Origin: Limnochordia bacterium
GTDB taxonomy: Bacteria; Bacillota; Limnochordia; DTU080
Direction: 5' to 3'
Length of the DNA stretch: 64,000 nucleotides
Assembly (NCBI GenBank): GCA_050951545.1
Contig: JBMNJG010000013.1
Location: forward strand, 32,001-96,000
Translations under genes and position numbers: made by a program
Notes under the pieces: model-generated
What the model was told of the DNA's origin: nothing
The model's database searches: none
The model's input: only the letters and a program-made list of their open reading frames with translations
Shown: positions 16,820-26,550 of the stretch, piece by piece
Position numbering within the stretch: the first letter of the stretch is position 1
Layout of the letters: the number at the start of each line of letters is the position of its first letter

Positions 16820-19741
16820 ATGCACAAGAATCTGCGGCAACTTTTGGCCTTACTTGTCTTATTCGCATCATGCATAGCGCTAACCACGTCTACCGCAGCC
16901 GCCCCAGGGCTCACTATCCCCGAGCTCCGCCAAGAGGGTGACAGACTGTGGGCCGGCCAAGGATACCTCATGGAGCGAGACGGCATCAAGATCCTGCACG
17001 TGAAGGGTTCACCCATGGAGATGGGCATGCAGCATGCTCTCTTGCTCGGCGACGACGCAGATAGGCTTAGAGCCTATGTCGATCCGACTATGCAGGAGCA
17101 CAAAGGCTTGGATGCCTTGGCCTGGCGATTCCGTGATTTCTACATGACTGCCAAGCTGTCACCGACATTCGTGCGCAACCTGCCTTCACGGTACATAGAA
17201 GAGATGCAGGGGTTTGTCTATGCTGCTTCGGGCGGTCTGGAGACGGATGTGGAGCCTGTTCTGACCGGAAACGTCTTCCAGGAGCTAGCCCTGTTGATGT
17301 GCACGTCACTAGCCGCTTATGGTGCCGCCACGATTGACGGTCAACTCTACCACGCCCGCAATCTCGATAACAACCTGCCGTTGGAAATGGTACAGAGCGC
17401 GCTTGTGGCTATAGTGGAACCGGAGGGCCGCCTGCCCTACATCACGCTCTCCTATCCGGCCAACTTCGGCGTGATGCACGCCGTAAACAGTGCGGGCATC
17501 ACTGTGAGCATGAACTACTCAGTCAGCACTGATGCCACTATAGACGGCATGCCGTTCGTTTTCATGCTACGGGAGATTGCCGAAACGGCAACCACGTTGG
17601 ACGAAGCTGTACAGATCATCAAGGAAACTCCGCGGACGGTCGGGCTAAACATTGTGGTGGGCGACGCCAAAATACCACAGGCGGTGGTGGTGGAGGTTTC
17701 GGCTAACCGCTATGCAGTGCGACCGGCCACGGACGGCTTCGTCTCGGCTACCAATCGATATGCCACGGCGAGTATGCTGCCGTACCAGCTCCCTGGCTGG
17801 CACAGCTCGGCCCTGCGAGATGAGCGTCTGGCAGAGCTGGCTCAAGGTCAGCACGGCTCGTTTTCGCCGACAGTGATGGCTGAGGTGTTGCGAGACAAGT
17901 TTGCGCCTGGCACGCTTCCGTATTCGAAACTGCTGTTTGGAATCGAGAACGTAGCTACCATGGCCTCAGTGATCTTCGATGGCGCACGCCAGGTGATGTG
18001 GGTAGGGGTGCAAGATGCATCTGCGCCGGCATCAGATCGCCCGATGCTGGCCTTTAGCTTACCAGCGGCGTTGGCGGGTGCCGACCCGCGGCAGTCTTCC
18101 CTGGACATTCCGTTGCAGAACCCCGACGGTGAACACCGGCTGGACTGGCTCGAGTTACACGAAGCAGAGCGTTTGATGCTGGCGGGCGATTATCCAGAGG
18201 CCCAGCAGCGGCTCCACCCGTTACTCGACAAGTACCCCACGTCCGAGTACATACTGCTCCTCACAGGTTGGACGCACATGCGCCTGGGGGACCACGACAC
18301 TGCAGCCCATCATTTTCGGCTCATTACCGAGCTGGAGGAGGTGGCCAACGCTCGTTACCTGCAGGAGGCCACCTATCAGCTGGGCATCCTCGCCGATAGT
18401 AGGGGTCAGCGGCAGGAAGCGCTGAAGTGGTACAGAGCTTCGCTGGATGTAAACGTACCTGATGTGACTGGCCATGAGCACATCCGCAAGCAGGCGCAGA
18501 AGGGGTTGCTCAAGCCGCTGAGACCGTCGGAATCACTACTGGCTTCGTGGTGGCGAGCGCTCGTGTTCCTTGGCGAACCGGAGGCGTATCCGGCGCCCGG
18601 CGGCGAGGTAGTCTCTATCTCGGTTCTGGGAGTCCACCGCACCGATCCGACGTGGATTACCAGATGGTTGGGCGTAGACATCGGCGACAGAGTCACCGGC
18701 GATAGTGTCAGAGCTATGCGACGGTCGCTCCTGTTGCTCGGCGCCTATGAGGATGCCGTAGTAGCCACAGTGCCTCTGGGTGAGGAGAGAGTGCATCTGG
18801 TCATCCGCATTCAGGAGGGTTTCGGTCTGTACAAGGAGCCAGTAGGGTTTATCATAGATACGGCCATCGGTCTGTCCCAGCAGACGCTAGCTCTGCGATA
18901 TGACAACCTGGCCGGAAGGGCGATCAACGTTGGTGGCGCATACAGCTGGGGTCCATCTCGCCAACGCTTAGCCTACGTCGAGGCTCCTCTGAGCTTGGCT
19001 GGAGCGAACCAGATCAGGCTGCAGGCGCAGACGCACCTGGTTTCCTACGAACCTGAATACGGAATGTATGCTGGTACGAGGGAGACGGTACATCGGCAGG
19101 AGTTCCAGGGAGCGTTGAGCCGGGTACTCAGCCCGACGTGGATGCTGACAGTGCGAGGTCGCTTGTTTGATAGCCGTACAGAGACGCTACAGCCCACGGC
19201 TGGTTATACGCCAACAAACGGACGCTTCGTGTTGGCCACTAGCACCCTAACACGCGCTAGCGGGAACAGAGCGAGGGCGAGCACTTTCACCATCACCCCC
19301 GGTCTGTTGGTTGCCCCGACAACTGAGCACCAGGCACTTCCACGCCTGTCGGCAGAGCTGGATGTGAAAAGTGCGGTCGGCCCTCGCACACAGCTGGCCG
19401 TGTTCGGCGACGTCGGCTGGATGGATGAAGAGACCCCGCTGGTGAACCAGTACTGGCTGGGCGGTGGCCACACTCTGCGCGGCTACGCAGCGGTGATCCC
19501 GACTACCACGTTTGCCCATGCCACGCTGGAGTGGCGTCGGTTCATGCAGGATAATCTGTACGCGGCGGCGTTCGCCGATGTCGGTGTTTTCCACACAGCC
19601 AGTGGAGCTCAGTCTTTGTGGACTCCTGGAGTGTCACTGCGCTACCAAACGCCAGTGGGTCCGGAAGTACGCTTCACGGCCGCACACGCTCCCGAGCAGC
19701 AAAGCTGGCGATGCGATTTTGGTTTCGCTGCAGCCTGGTAG
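16820..19741 (+). CDS. C45 (Ntn) autoproteolytic hydrolase-TPR-POTRA-Omp85 beta-barrel fusion
   Basis: Signal peptide; M|CTS...HARNLD (C45); TPR-like helices; POTRA-like (SISVLGVHRT...LVIRIQE); barrel motifs DNLAG, LGG...LRGY, FADVG, TPVGP; terminal W. Confidence 0.85.
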   Translation: MHKNLRQLLALLVLFASCIALTTSTAAAPGLTIPELRQEGDRLWAGQGYLMERDGIKILHVKGSPMEMGMQHALLLGDDADRLRAYVDPTMQEHKGLDALAWRFRDFYMTAKLSPTFVRNLPSRYIEEMQGFVYAASGGLETDVEPVLTGNVFQELALLMCTSLAAYGAATIDGQLYHARNLDNNLPLEMVQSALVAIVEPEGRLPYITLSYPANFGVMHAVNSAGITVSMNYSVSTDATIDGMPFVFMLREIAETATTLDEAVQIIKETPRTVGLNIVVGDAKIPQAVVVEVSANRYAVRPATDGFVSATNRYATASMLPYQLPGWHSSALRDERLAELAQGQHGSFSPTVMAEVLRDKFAPGTLPYSKLLFGIENVATMASVIFDGARQVMWVGVQDASAPASDRPMLAFSLPAALAGADPRQSSLDIPLQNPDGEHRLDWLELHEAERLMLAGDYPEAQQRLHPLLDKYPTSEYILLLTGWTHMRLGDHDTAAHHFRLITELEEVANARYLQEATYQLGILADSRGQRQEALKWYRASLDVNVPDVTGHEHIRKQAQKGLLKPLRPSESLLASWWRALVFLGEPEAYPAPGGEVVSISVLGVHRTDPTWITRWLGVDIGDRVTGDSVRAMRRSLLLLGAYEDAVVATVPLGEERVHLVIRIQEGFGLYKEPVGFIIDTAIGLSQQTLALRYDNLAGRAINVGGAYSWGPSRQRLAYVEAPLSLAGANQIRLQAQTHLVSYEPEYGMYAGTRETVHRQEFQGALSRVLSPTWMLTVRGRLFDSRTETLQPTAGYTPTNGRFVLATSTLTRASGNRARASTFTITPGLLVAPTTEHQALPRLSAELDVKSAVGPRTQLAVFGDVGWMDEETPLVNQYWLGGGHTLRGYAAVIPTTTFAHATLEWRRFMQDNLYAAAFADVGVFHTASGAQSLWTPGVSLRYQTPVGPEVRFTAAHAPEQQSWRCDFGFAAAW

Positions 19742-19846
19742 AAGGCCTTGTACTGGCTGGGACGAGGTGCATTGGGGGTGGAGGCGCATGGCCGTAGAGC
19801 ACCGCCGCTGATGCGCGGAGTTGTAAGGTAGACCGAGTGAGGGAGG

Positions 19847-20779
19847 ATGGCCGAGATCGTGGAAGATGCGCGTGTTCGCTCTGCAGCGTTTTCGTGGTTG
19901 GCCAAGCAGACAGAGAAGCATGGCGATGTGCTTCCACGCAGTCTGCTTGCGACTGGCTTCGAACTCGACGGGCAGCGCGTTCACCTAGTTGGTCCACAAG
20001 GCATCTTCAAACCGAAGGTGCTGGATGAGTTGCCACTATCGATCACGACTGCTCCTGGTGGCCGCTATGATGATGCATTCGATGCCAACGGGCTCTTGCG
20101 GTACCGCTATCGCGGTTCTGATCCGGATCATCCTGACAACCGCCGCCTTCGGTTGGCATGGCGCCGTGGTGTGCCGCTGATCTACTTTCATGGCATCGTT
20201 CCTGGGAAGTACTTAGCCGCTTGGCCTGTGTACATAGTTGGCGACGACCCCTCGGGTCTATATGTTACGGTTGTACTTGAGCAACCGAACTACTTCGACA
20301 TAGCTGACGGGGCTGCAGACTTGGCTGGGGCTTTGGGTGGAGCTGACTTGGCCAGGGAAGCTGGTCGCAGTTACGCTACAGCTCAGATGCGGGTACGACT
20401 CCATCAGCGTTCGTTTCGGGAACGTGTCCTGGAGGCGTATCGACGACAATGCGCGTTCTGCAGATTTCGACACGAGGAGCTGCTGGATGCTGCTCACATC
20501 GTGCCTGATGCCCACAGCGAAGGCGAGCCGATTGTACAGAATGGTTTGGCTCTGTGCAGTCTTCACCACAGAGCCTTCGACAGGCATTTCATAGGAGTCA
20601 CGCCAGATTACCGCATTGAGGTGCGGCCAGACATTCTGGAGGAGAGCGACGGCCCAACGTTAGTTCACGGTTTTCAGGTGCTCCACGGGAAGAGGATCCT
20701 ACTGCCGAGAGCTTCGAAGCTATGGCCTGATCGCGATCTCTTGTCGAAGCGGCATGAGGAGTTTCGGGCGGCCGTGTAG
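19847..20779 (+). CDS. HNH endonuclease, putative modification-dependent (type IV) restriction enzyme
   Basis: HQRSFRERVL, CAFC, DAAHI, NGLALCSLHHRAFD; N-terminal recognition domain. Confidence 0.85.
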   Translation: MAEIVEDARVRSAAFSWLAKQTEKHGDVLPRSLLATGFELDGQRVHLVGPQGIFKPKVLDELPLSITTAPGGRYDDAFDANGLLRYRYRGSDPDHPDNRRLRLAWRRGVPLIYFHGIVPGKYLAAWPVYIVGDDPSGLYVTVVLEQPNYFDIADGAADLAGALGGADLAREAGRSYATAQMRVRLHQRSFRERVLEAYRRQCAFCRFRHEELLDAAHIVPDAHSEGEPIVQNGLALCSLHHRAFDRHFIGVTPDYRIEVRPDILEESDGPTLVHGFQVLHGKRILLPRASKLWPDRDLLSKRHEEFRAAV

Positions 20780-20797
20780 TGCGTAGGGCTGCACGAC

Positions 20798-23083
20798 CTA
20801 TCTGACGATTACCTCATACCAGAGCGTGCGATAGTCAGGGCCGATGGCAAAGGCACTGCCTGTGTCGGTGTTACGCACTGGCACCTCTGTCATCCGCTCC
20901 CCATTCTCACGGAGAGCATAGACCTGTACCCGATCGGCAGAGGTCGTCAGCTCTACATCCGCTGGAATACCTTCAACCCGAACAGGTGACGCCCCCCAGG
21001 AACCATGAATAGTCGCCCGCGTACCTGTCAGTGGAGTTAGCAGCATCCCTGTGTTCTCGCTGTAGCCTGTGGCCGTGAGCAAGGCCCTGAACGGACCAGC
21101 GAAGCTCTCACCGTCATGCAATGTGAGCGTGATGGTAGACCACCCATCAAGTCGGGTGTTACCCGGCTCAATCGTCACCTCATGCAGGTCGAAGCATCTG
21201 CCAGCTCCGTAACCGACGACTGCCTTGGAGCGAGAGGTGTCAATGGTAACCACACCTCGATCGGTCTGCGTACGATCCCACATCAGCTCCTCCGTATCCG
21301 TCACATGGCGGAGGCCAGAAGAGCTGGGGATCTTCGCTGTGACACCGGGAGTGATCGCGTCAAGCGTCCGGGTCATGCGATACCGCAGGGGGAGTGTCGT
21401 CGGGACACCCCTGGACCAGGCGTTGTAGTTGGTACCCATGTTGGTTTTCCGTTCGGCCATCAGGCTTTTCTGCGTAGCATCGGTTAAGGGAATCTGCACG
21501 ACATCTACCCCCGGCTGCACATCACCACGCAGTAGCATAGCTGTCGCCGCGGGCAGAGTCGCTTGCTTTACCGTATGACCTTTGATATTGAAGTAGTTCG
21601 TGATCCGCATGGGCCAGTAATCCCGCGACAGACTCCAGTCGAAGACGGTGATGCCGTCCCAGTCTTGGAAAGCTCCATATGCACAGGCCAGCACAAAGGC
21701 CTCGGAACCGTAGCTGTTAGGCGCCGGATGATTGTACTCCGACAGAGTGAAAGGTTTGCCCTCGACACGCAAGCGTGCTGCCATGGACAGCGGTCCGCCT
21801 CCATCGTGGTTGACCAGTGAGCGGTTTTCCACATAGAAGGAGCTCCACTGGTTGGAGGAAGAGGGAGTGGTAGTCTGCGGATGAGCCCAGTACATGTGGG
21901 CGTCGACGTAGTCGAGCTGTGCTTGGATACTGGGCGGACTAAGAGTGATCTGGGTCCCGGCTACTAGGTTCTTGGCACCCAGCTCTTCCTTAATAAACTG
22001 GTACATGCCGGTGAAGAAGGCCTGCTCCGTATCCCAGATGAAGTCAACATAATCACTTTGACAAATTGGCGTGCGTTGGCCTGCTTCAGTCCAGATGAGG
22101 CGCCTTACTCCAATCTCCAGACTCTCGCCTTCGGGCAGTCCGACTAAGCCTCTAGCTGGTGCGGAGCTGTCACCCCAGGCTGCCCGCAGTGCTGCGGTTG
22201 TGCCGTATTTCCTGGCCAGCCAAGCGGTCCATTGCTGTTCGAGCGGTGCCACGAGATCATCGGGTGTCTTGTCAAGCTCCCCACGGTTCCAGGTGTAGAA
22301 CAGGCCGTCTTCGTTATTCAGCTCAACCTGGACTAGAGAAGGCTCTTCCGCGTAGCGATGGCCAGTGTACGGGTTGCGATGGGTAAGCAACTCCCTGATG
22401 TGCTCCCTATGCAGTACGGCTACATCGGGGTGGAATATGTCTAGACCGCGGTCAGAACCTGGCCGTTTGTCGGACAGAGGGAACCCTTCCTGCGGCTGCA
22501 CGGTGCGAGATGTCTTCAGGTTGAAATTGACATAGATCCCGTTCTTCTTGAGTTGGGCAACGAAGTAGTCGAGGTTGTCTAGTTGGTCAGGGTCGATGCG
22601 GCGGGGAAACACTCCGGCCTGGAAAAGGCCATCAGGAGCTTCATAGCGCTCGATATTGTGAAAACGTACCAGGTTGATACCGAAACGGGCCAACTGAAGG
22701 GCCAGTTTCTCGGCATCGGCGTGGGACGGAAACGCCGCGTTATAGCAGAAATTGACGCCGAAAAAGCGGATGCGCTTGCCGTCGCCAGTGTAGAAACTCC
22801 CCTCATGCGCTGTGATGAAGCCTGCTTTACCAGCTGGCTTGTCGAGCAGGTGGGAAAAGTTAGTTACGTTGTCGGGGAAGAGATCGCCCTGAGAGACTGT
22901 GAAGGGAAACAACGGTGCGAAGCCCTGCTCGGCAGCATTCACCGGACCAGCGATGCCCAGCAGAGCAGCAACAAACGTACAGATGAGCCATGCCCCTCCA
23001 ATCAGGGTCGGCAGCCGTGCGTCGTCGCGATGGATGATCGTAGTGGGGGTTGGGCGCCCATGCGCCGTCGTTGTGTCAGCCAT
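20798..23083 (-). CDS. Secreted GH5-like (clan GH-A) glycoside hydrolase
   Basis: RFFGVN, GINLVRFH, NPYTG, ELNNE (acid/base), H.YW.HP, SEYN (nucleophile). Confidence 0.8.
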   Translation of the reverse strand: MADTTTAHGRPTPTTIIHRDDARLPTLIGGAWLICTFVAALLGIAGPVNAAEQGFAPLFPFTVSQGDLFPDNVTNFSHLLDKPAGKAGFITAHEGSFYTGDGKRIRFFGVNFCYNAAFPSHADAEKLALQLARFGINLVRFHNIERYEAPDGLFQAGVFPRRIDPDQLDNLDYFVAQLKKNGIYVNFNLKTSRTVQPQEGFPLSDKRPGSDRGLDIFHPDVAVLHREHIRELLTHRNPYTGHRYAEEPSLVQVELNNEDGLFYTWNRGELDKTPDDLVAPLEQQWTAWLARKYGTTAALRAAWGDSSAPARGLVGLPEGESLEIGVRRLIWTEAGQRTPICQSDYVDFIWDTEQAFFTGMYQFIKEELGAKNLVAGTQITLSPPSIQAQLDYVDAHMYWAHPQTTTPSSSNQWSSFYVENRSLVNHDGGGPLSMAARLRVEGKPFTLSEYNHPAPNSYGSEAFVLACAYGAFQDWDGITVFDWSLSRDYWPMRITNYFNIKGHTVKQATLPAATAMLLRGDVQPGVDVVQIPLTDATQKSLMAERKTNMGTNYNAWSRGVPTTLPLRYRMTRTLDAITPGVTAKIPSSSGLRHVTDTEELMWDRTQTDRGVVTIDTSRSKAVVGYGAGRCFDLHEVTIEPGNTRLDGWSTITLTLHDGESFAGPFRALLTATGYSENTGMLLTPLTGTRATIHGSWGASPVRVEGIPADVELTTSADRVQVYALRENGERMTEVPVRNTDTGSAFAIGPDYRTLWYEVIVR

Positions 23084-23115
23084 GGTGTAAGCTCCCTTCG
23101 CGCGTCTATGCCGAA

Positions 23116-23559
23116 TCACTGGTCTCGCTGCTGTTCCAGATATGCGTTAACATGTTGGGCGAATTCAACAAAATCGTCGAGTTGTTCCGTAAGTACGCGG
23201 TGCACCTCTCTCAGATCGACTGCGGTGTATTCGTGGACAAGGATGTTCCGAAAGCCTGCCATCGGCGCCATCCGTTCGGCGAATGCCTTGGGCAGAATAC
23301 CCAATGGGGCCAGGGCTGAGATATTGTCGCGATATCGATCGGGAACTGGGCCCCCGAGCGAGGCTACACAGTGCGACGCCACATCCAGCACTGACTGAAC
23401 GCAGAGTTGCAGGCCGTGCTGGACCGCCCAGTACACTTTTGGACTGGCCGCCAGTTCATCCAGCGTCATTCCTCGGTACTCCCTGAGCACCTGCACGGCA
23501 TCAATCAGGTACGTCAAGCGCCGCTCAATCACGCCGCGGTCAGGCATGGCCCCGGTCAT
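23116..23559 (-). CDS. hepT: HepT-like HEPN ribonuclease toxin (DUF86)
   Basis: FRNILVHEY (Rx4HxY); overlaps the mntA stop. Confidence 0.9.
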   Translation of the reverse strand: MTGAMPDRGVIERRLTYLIDAVQVLREYRGMTLDELAASPKVYWAVQHGLQLCVQSVLDVASHCVASLGGPVPDRYRDNISALAPLGILPKAFAERMAPMAGFRNILVHEYTAVDLREVHRVLTEQLDDFVEFAQHVNAYLEQQRDQ

Positions 23560-24029
23560 GGCTGTTCACCTCGTCTCGGCCGCAGGGCGGCCAGTTGTCG
23601 TTGCAGACGGGCGGCTTGAAGGTTGCGCAGTGGTCGGGTATCCTCGTACTCTTGGAAGGCCCTAATGGTGAACTCCGCAATCACTTCCATATTGACAGCG
23701 TAGAGAACATGCCCGTCGCGAACCACGCGATGCAAAAGCAGCGGTGGTGCGCCGTTCAGGATGACCACGTCAACGTCGGGGCGTTCCCATATGCTCATCA
23801 TGTCCAAAACGAGTTGTGGGCGGTTTACTCGGGCTTCCACCCCGCCTCGGGTGAGAAGAACGCCCAGGTCGAGGTCGCTATCAGGACGTGCCTCGCCCCG
23901 GGCCAGCGAACCAAAAAGGAATACTGCCGCGATCTCAGGCCGTTGAGAGAAGTACCTTCTCAGTTGTGTCATTTTTCCGGTGGAAAACACGGCCTCGGGT
24001 GCACCTCCTAGCCCTCGCCTCTTCGGCAT
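23556..24029 (-). CDS. mntA: MntA adenylyltransferase antitoxin (type VII TA)
   Basis: FGSLARG...SDLDL, VDVVILN.APP. Confidence 0.9.
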   Translation of the reverse strand: MPKRRGLGGAPEAVFSTGKMTQLRRYFSQRPEIAAVFLFGSLARGEARPDSDLDLGVLLTRGGVEARVNRPQLVLDMMSIWERPDVDVVILNGAPPLLLHRVVRDGHVLYAVNMEVIAEFTIRAFQEYEDTRPLRNLQAARLQRQLAALRPRRGEQP

Positions 24030-24313
24030 GACGCCCGTGCTGTCTTATTCTGGCCCCCGCCTCACTCGTGACCTCACTGTGATTCGTTCTCTGTTGACAG
24101 TCACTCTTCCTTGGCGGCGTGTTCTCGAAAAACCCACGACAGTCAGCTCTCCTGCCTGAGGGCCGAGGACGAGTATGAAAATGGTGACTCGTGGCCACAG
24201 GGTAGTCTTTCCCTCGTAGATCAGGTACAGTTGGCACATGATTCGCGTTCCACGCGTGGAGGTTGAGACGTGGGCGAACAAGCAGTCCCTGTAACCTAGG
24301 CCCGTACGCAAAC

Positions 24314-24629
24314 GGGCGATCTCACCAGTTTGGCCTCCATCAGTCCCGGACCCGGCTGGTGAGTCGGGGCCCGGGGCCGGTTACATTGCCCAAATCGGCA
24401 AGAAGAGGGTGATGCTCACTGGTTTCACTTCCGTCAGTCCCGGACCCGGCTGGTGAGTCGGGGCCCGGGGTCGGTTACATTGCCCAAATCGGCAAGAAGG
24501 GGGCGATGCTCACTGGTTTCACTTCCATCAGTCCCGGACCCTGCTGGTGAGTCGGGGCCCGGGCCGGTTACATCACCCAAATCGGCAAGAAGTGGGCGAT
24601 GCTCCAGTTTCATCTTCGATCACAGGAGG
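24314..24629. repeat. Tandem repeat, ~93-94 bp unit, about 3.3 copies, with internal hairpins
   Basis: Unit starts at 24314, 24407, 24501 and 24594; CAGTCCCGGACC at 24341, 24435 and 24529. Confidence 0.95.
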
Positions 24630-24889
24630 CCGACCAGGCGACGAGGCGGGTTCTGGGCAGGGCAAGATGGCTATTGGGCGGAACATTGTGATTTCGAGGC
24701 GGTTACAGCCGGAAGCGGGGCGCCCGTTGGCGCACCACTGGTCTGCTATTGTCACGACTTGTGCCGAGGGCACCTGGCGAGGGCATAGGGGCACCCGCTC
24801 TAGCGAGCGGCAGCGAGAGGTTGCTGAAACCCCTACTGTGAAGGGGGACAGATGATTCGAGGCTATGGCGCACTCTTGGCCGTCGTTGG

Positions 24890-25996
24890 CTACTCGCTGG
24901 CGGCATCACTGGCGGGCGCCCAGCCACCCTTAGCCGTCTCGCGGTAGAAGCGGCTCCTCAGATCGAGGTACCTGAGGAGTTTCTTGTTAAGGTCGCTTCG
25001 CAACGGCAGCAGTTGGCCAGCCTTGAACTTCATGGTGAGCCAGGACAGGTCCTTGGCATGGATCACAACCAACGTGACGTTGTTCTTCTCACACAATTCA
25101 CGCTTGGTCTTGTCACGTTCCATCTGCTTGGCGACCACGTCAGCCGAGAACCGTTTGGTAGGGGTGTAGTGCTGTGGCCCGTTAAACTCAAAAGCCACCG
25201 CCTCGAGGTCATAGTGGCGGTCGAGCTCCAGTAACATGCCAGTAGCCGGGTTGACTAGAAAACGGGGAGACGCGTTGTCTTTGTGGTCATCGGAGTCGAA
25301 AATAGCCGATAGGTATTCCTGCATCAAGGCCTGTCCGAAGAACTCAGCCTCGTCGAGTCGCTGCTGCGCCGCTAGCAGTTCATCCATGTACCTGCGGGCG
25401 ACCGGGTTGCAGAGGCTGAAGCAAATGGGAGCCTGCTTGTGCTCTTGCTGCATCTCCAGCCAGCCCAGCTTGGCCAGTTGTCGAGCAGCCCGCTTGACCG
25501 TCTTGGCACCTAGACTCATCATCCGAGCCACAGACGCATATGTGAACACGCCCTGCAAATTACGGTAATCCGGCGTGGCCTGCAGTGCACCATAGACCAC
25601 CTTGGCCTGAGCACTGACTTCGGTGGCGATGATCAGCTCAGTAGGCATGACCACTCTTGGCCCCGACAGCTCTTTTGCTGGGGCCTGGTTGACGCCTGTG
25701 GGCAGACTGTACCAGCCCTTAGTGGTTAGCTTTGCCGTAGCCTTGCGGACGGTGGGTCGGGACAAACCGGTACGAGCAGCCAGGCGAGTGGGCGATAGAC
25801 GAGCTCGCTCCCCCAACTCAGCGTCGAGTGTGAGGGCCAGCCAGACTACCTTATCCGTCGCTCTTAACTGGCTAGTGAGCAGCAACGAGATCGGCACGCG
25901 AACCTCTTCGATATCCAAGGGCGCCACCTCCAGCCAGAATGTCTGTTCGGGTCCCGAATACATGTTCGGCACACTCCGGTAGAGTTCCTCCATCAA
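24890..25996 (-). CDS. Tandem winged-HTH protein with a C-terminal Vsr/DUF559-like PD-(D/E)XK endonuclease
   Basis: Two homologous HTH modules; C-terminal FLVNPATG..LELD....AFEFNGPQHY...RDKTK; exact start uncertain. Confidence 0.8.
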   Translation of the reverse strand: MMEELYRSVPNMYSGPEQTFWLEVAPLDIEEVRVPISLLLTSQLRATDKVVWLALTLDAELGERARLSPTRLAARTGLSRPTVRKATAKLTTKGWYSLPTGVNQAPAKELSGPRVVMPTELIIATEVSAQAKVVYGALQATPDYRNLQGVFTYASVARMMSLGAKTVKRAARQLAKLGWLEMQQEHKQAPICFSLCNPVARRYMDELLAAQQRLDEAEFFGQALMQEYLSAIFDSDDHKDNASPRFLVNPATGMLLELDRHYDLEAVAFEFNGPQHYTPTKRFSADVVAKQMERDKTKRELCEKNNVTLVVIHAKDLSWLTMKFKAGQLLPLRSDLNKKLLRYLDLRSRFYRETAKGGWAPASDAASE

Positions 25997-26159
25997 AAGG
26001 TCGATTCAGACAAGACCAGAGGCGGCGTGCACCCAGCTCTTCAAAGCGAGGCGCGCTGATGCACGCGTTTTCCGGTCGTGATGGGTCGCATCTGGGTAGG
26101 ACAGTGCTAGCCCGCCGCGGTGACCAGTGCCGTCCTGCCAAGGTAGACCAGTGCACACA

Positions 26160-26205
26160 CCAGTTACATCACCCGATTCGGCAAGAAGCGGTCGATGATC
26201 ACTGA
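26160..26205. repeat. Isolated copy of the tandem-repeat hairpin module upstream of the HTH-nuclease gene
   Basis: CCAGTTACATCACCCGATTCGGCAAGAAGCGGTCGATGATCACTG versus CCGGTTACATCACCCAAATCGGCAAGAAGTGGGCGATGCTC. Confidence 0.8.
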
Positions 26206-26550
26206 TCTCGTGGGCCCACATGGGCACGATGTTGATCGGAGATGCCAGCGGCCTTCAGTTGTCATCCGGAGAAGATGCCTGCGACTTCTCTCGGTGTTTG
26301 CCGTTCGTGACAAGGTGGCTTCTTGCGCGTAGGGTGCAAACACCGACCGCCGTTGCCTCGACTTCTGTGTGTCGTTGGCCGCCCACATGCCTATTGCCCA
26401 GGGTACCGAGACTTGACGCAGGCCCGTGAGCCGAGTCTGAGCATCGGGTTGTATGGTATAGTAGATCGAGATGGTAGCGGTTGATGGGGGAGTGCTGTGT
26501 ACACAGATTATGTCGAATGTGACCGCTAAATACGTGGAGAGGCCGATCAC

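Noticed and set aside
22583-23398. 271-aa plus-strand ORF and other long antisense ORFs
   Set aside because: These are shadow ORFs opposite well-supported genes in GC-rich DNA, with no recognisable motifs.
24314-24629. 94-bp repeat as a CRISPR or TIGR array
   Set aside because: The units are similar along their whole length, with no unique spacers.
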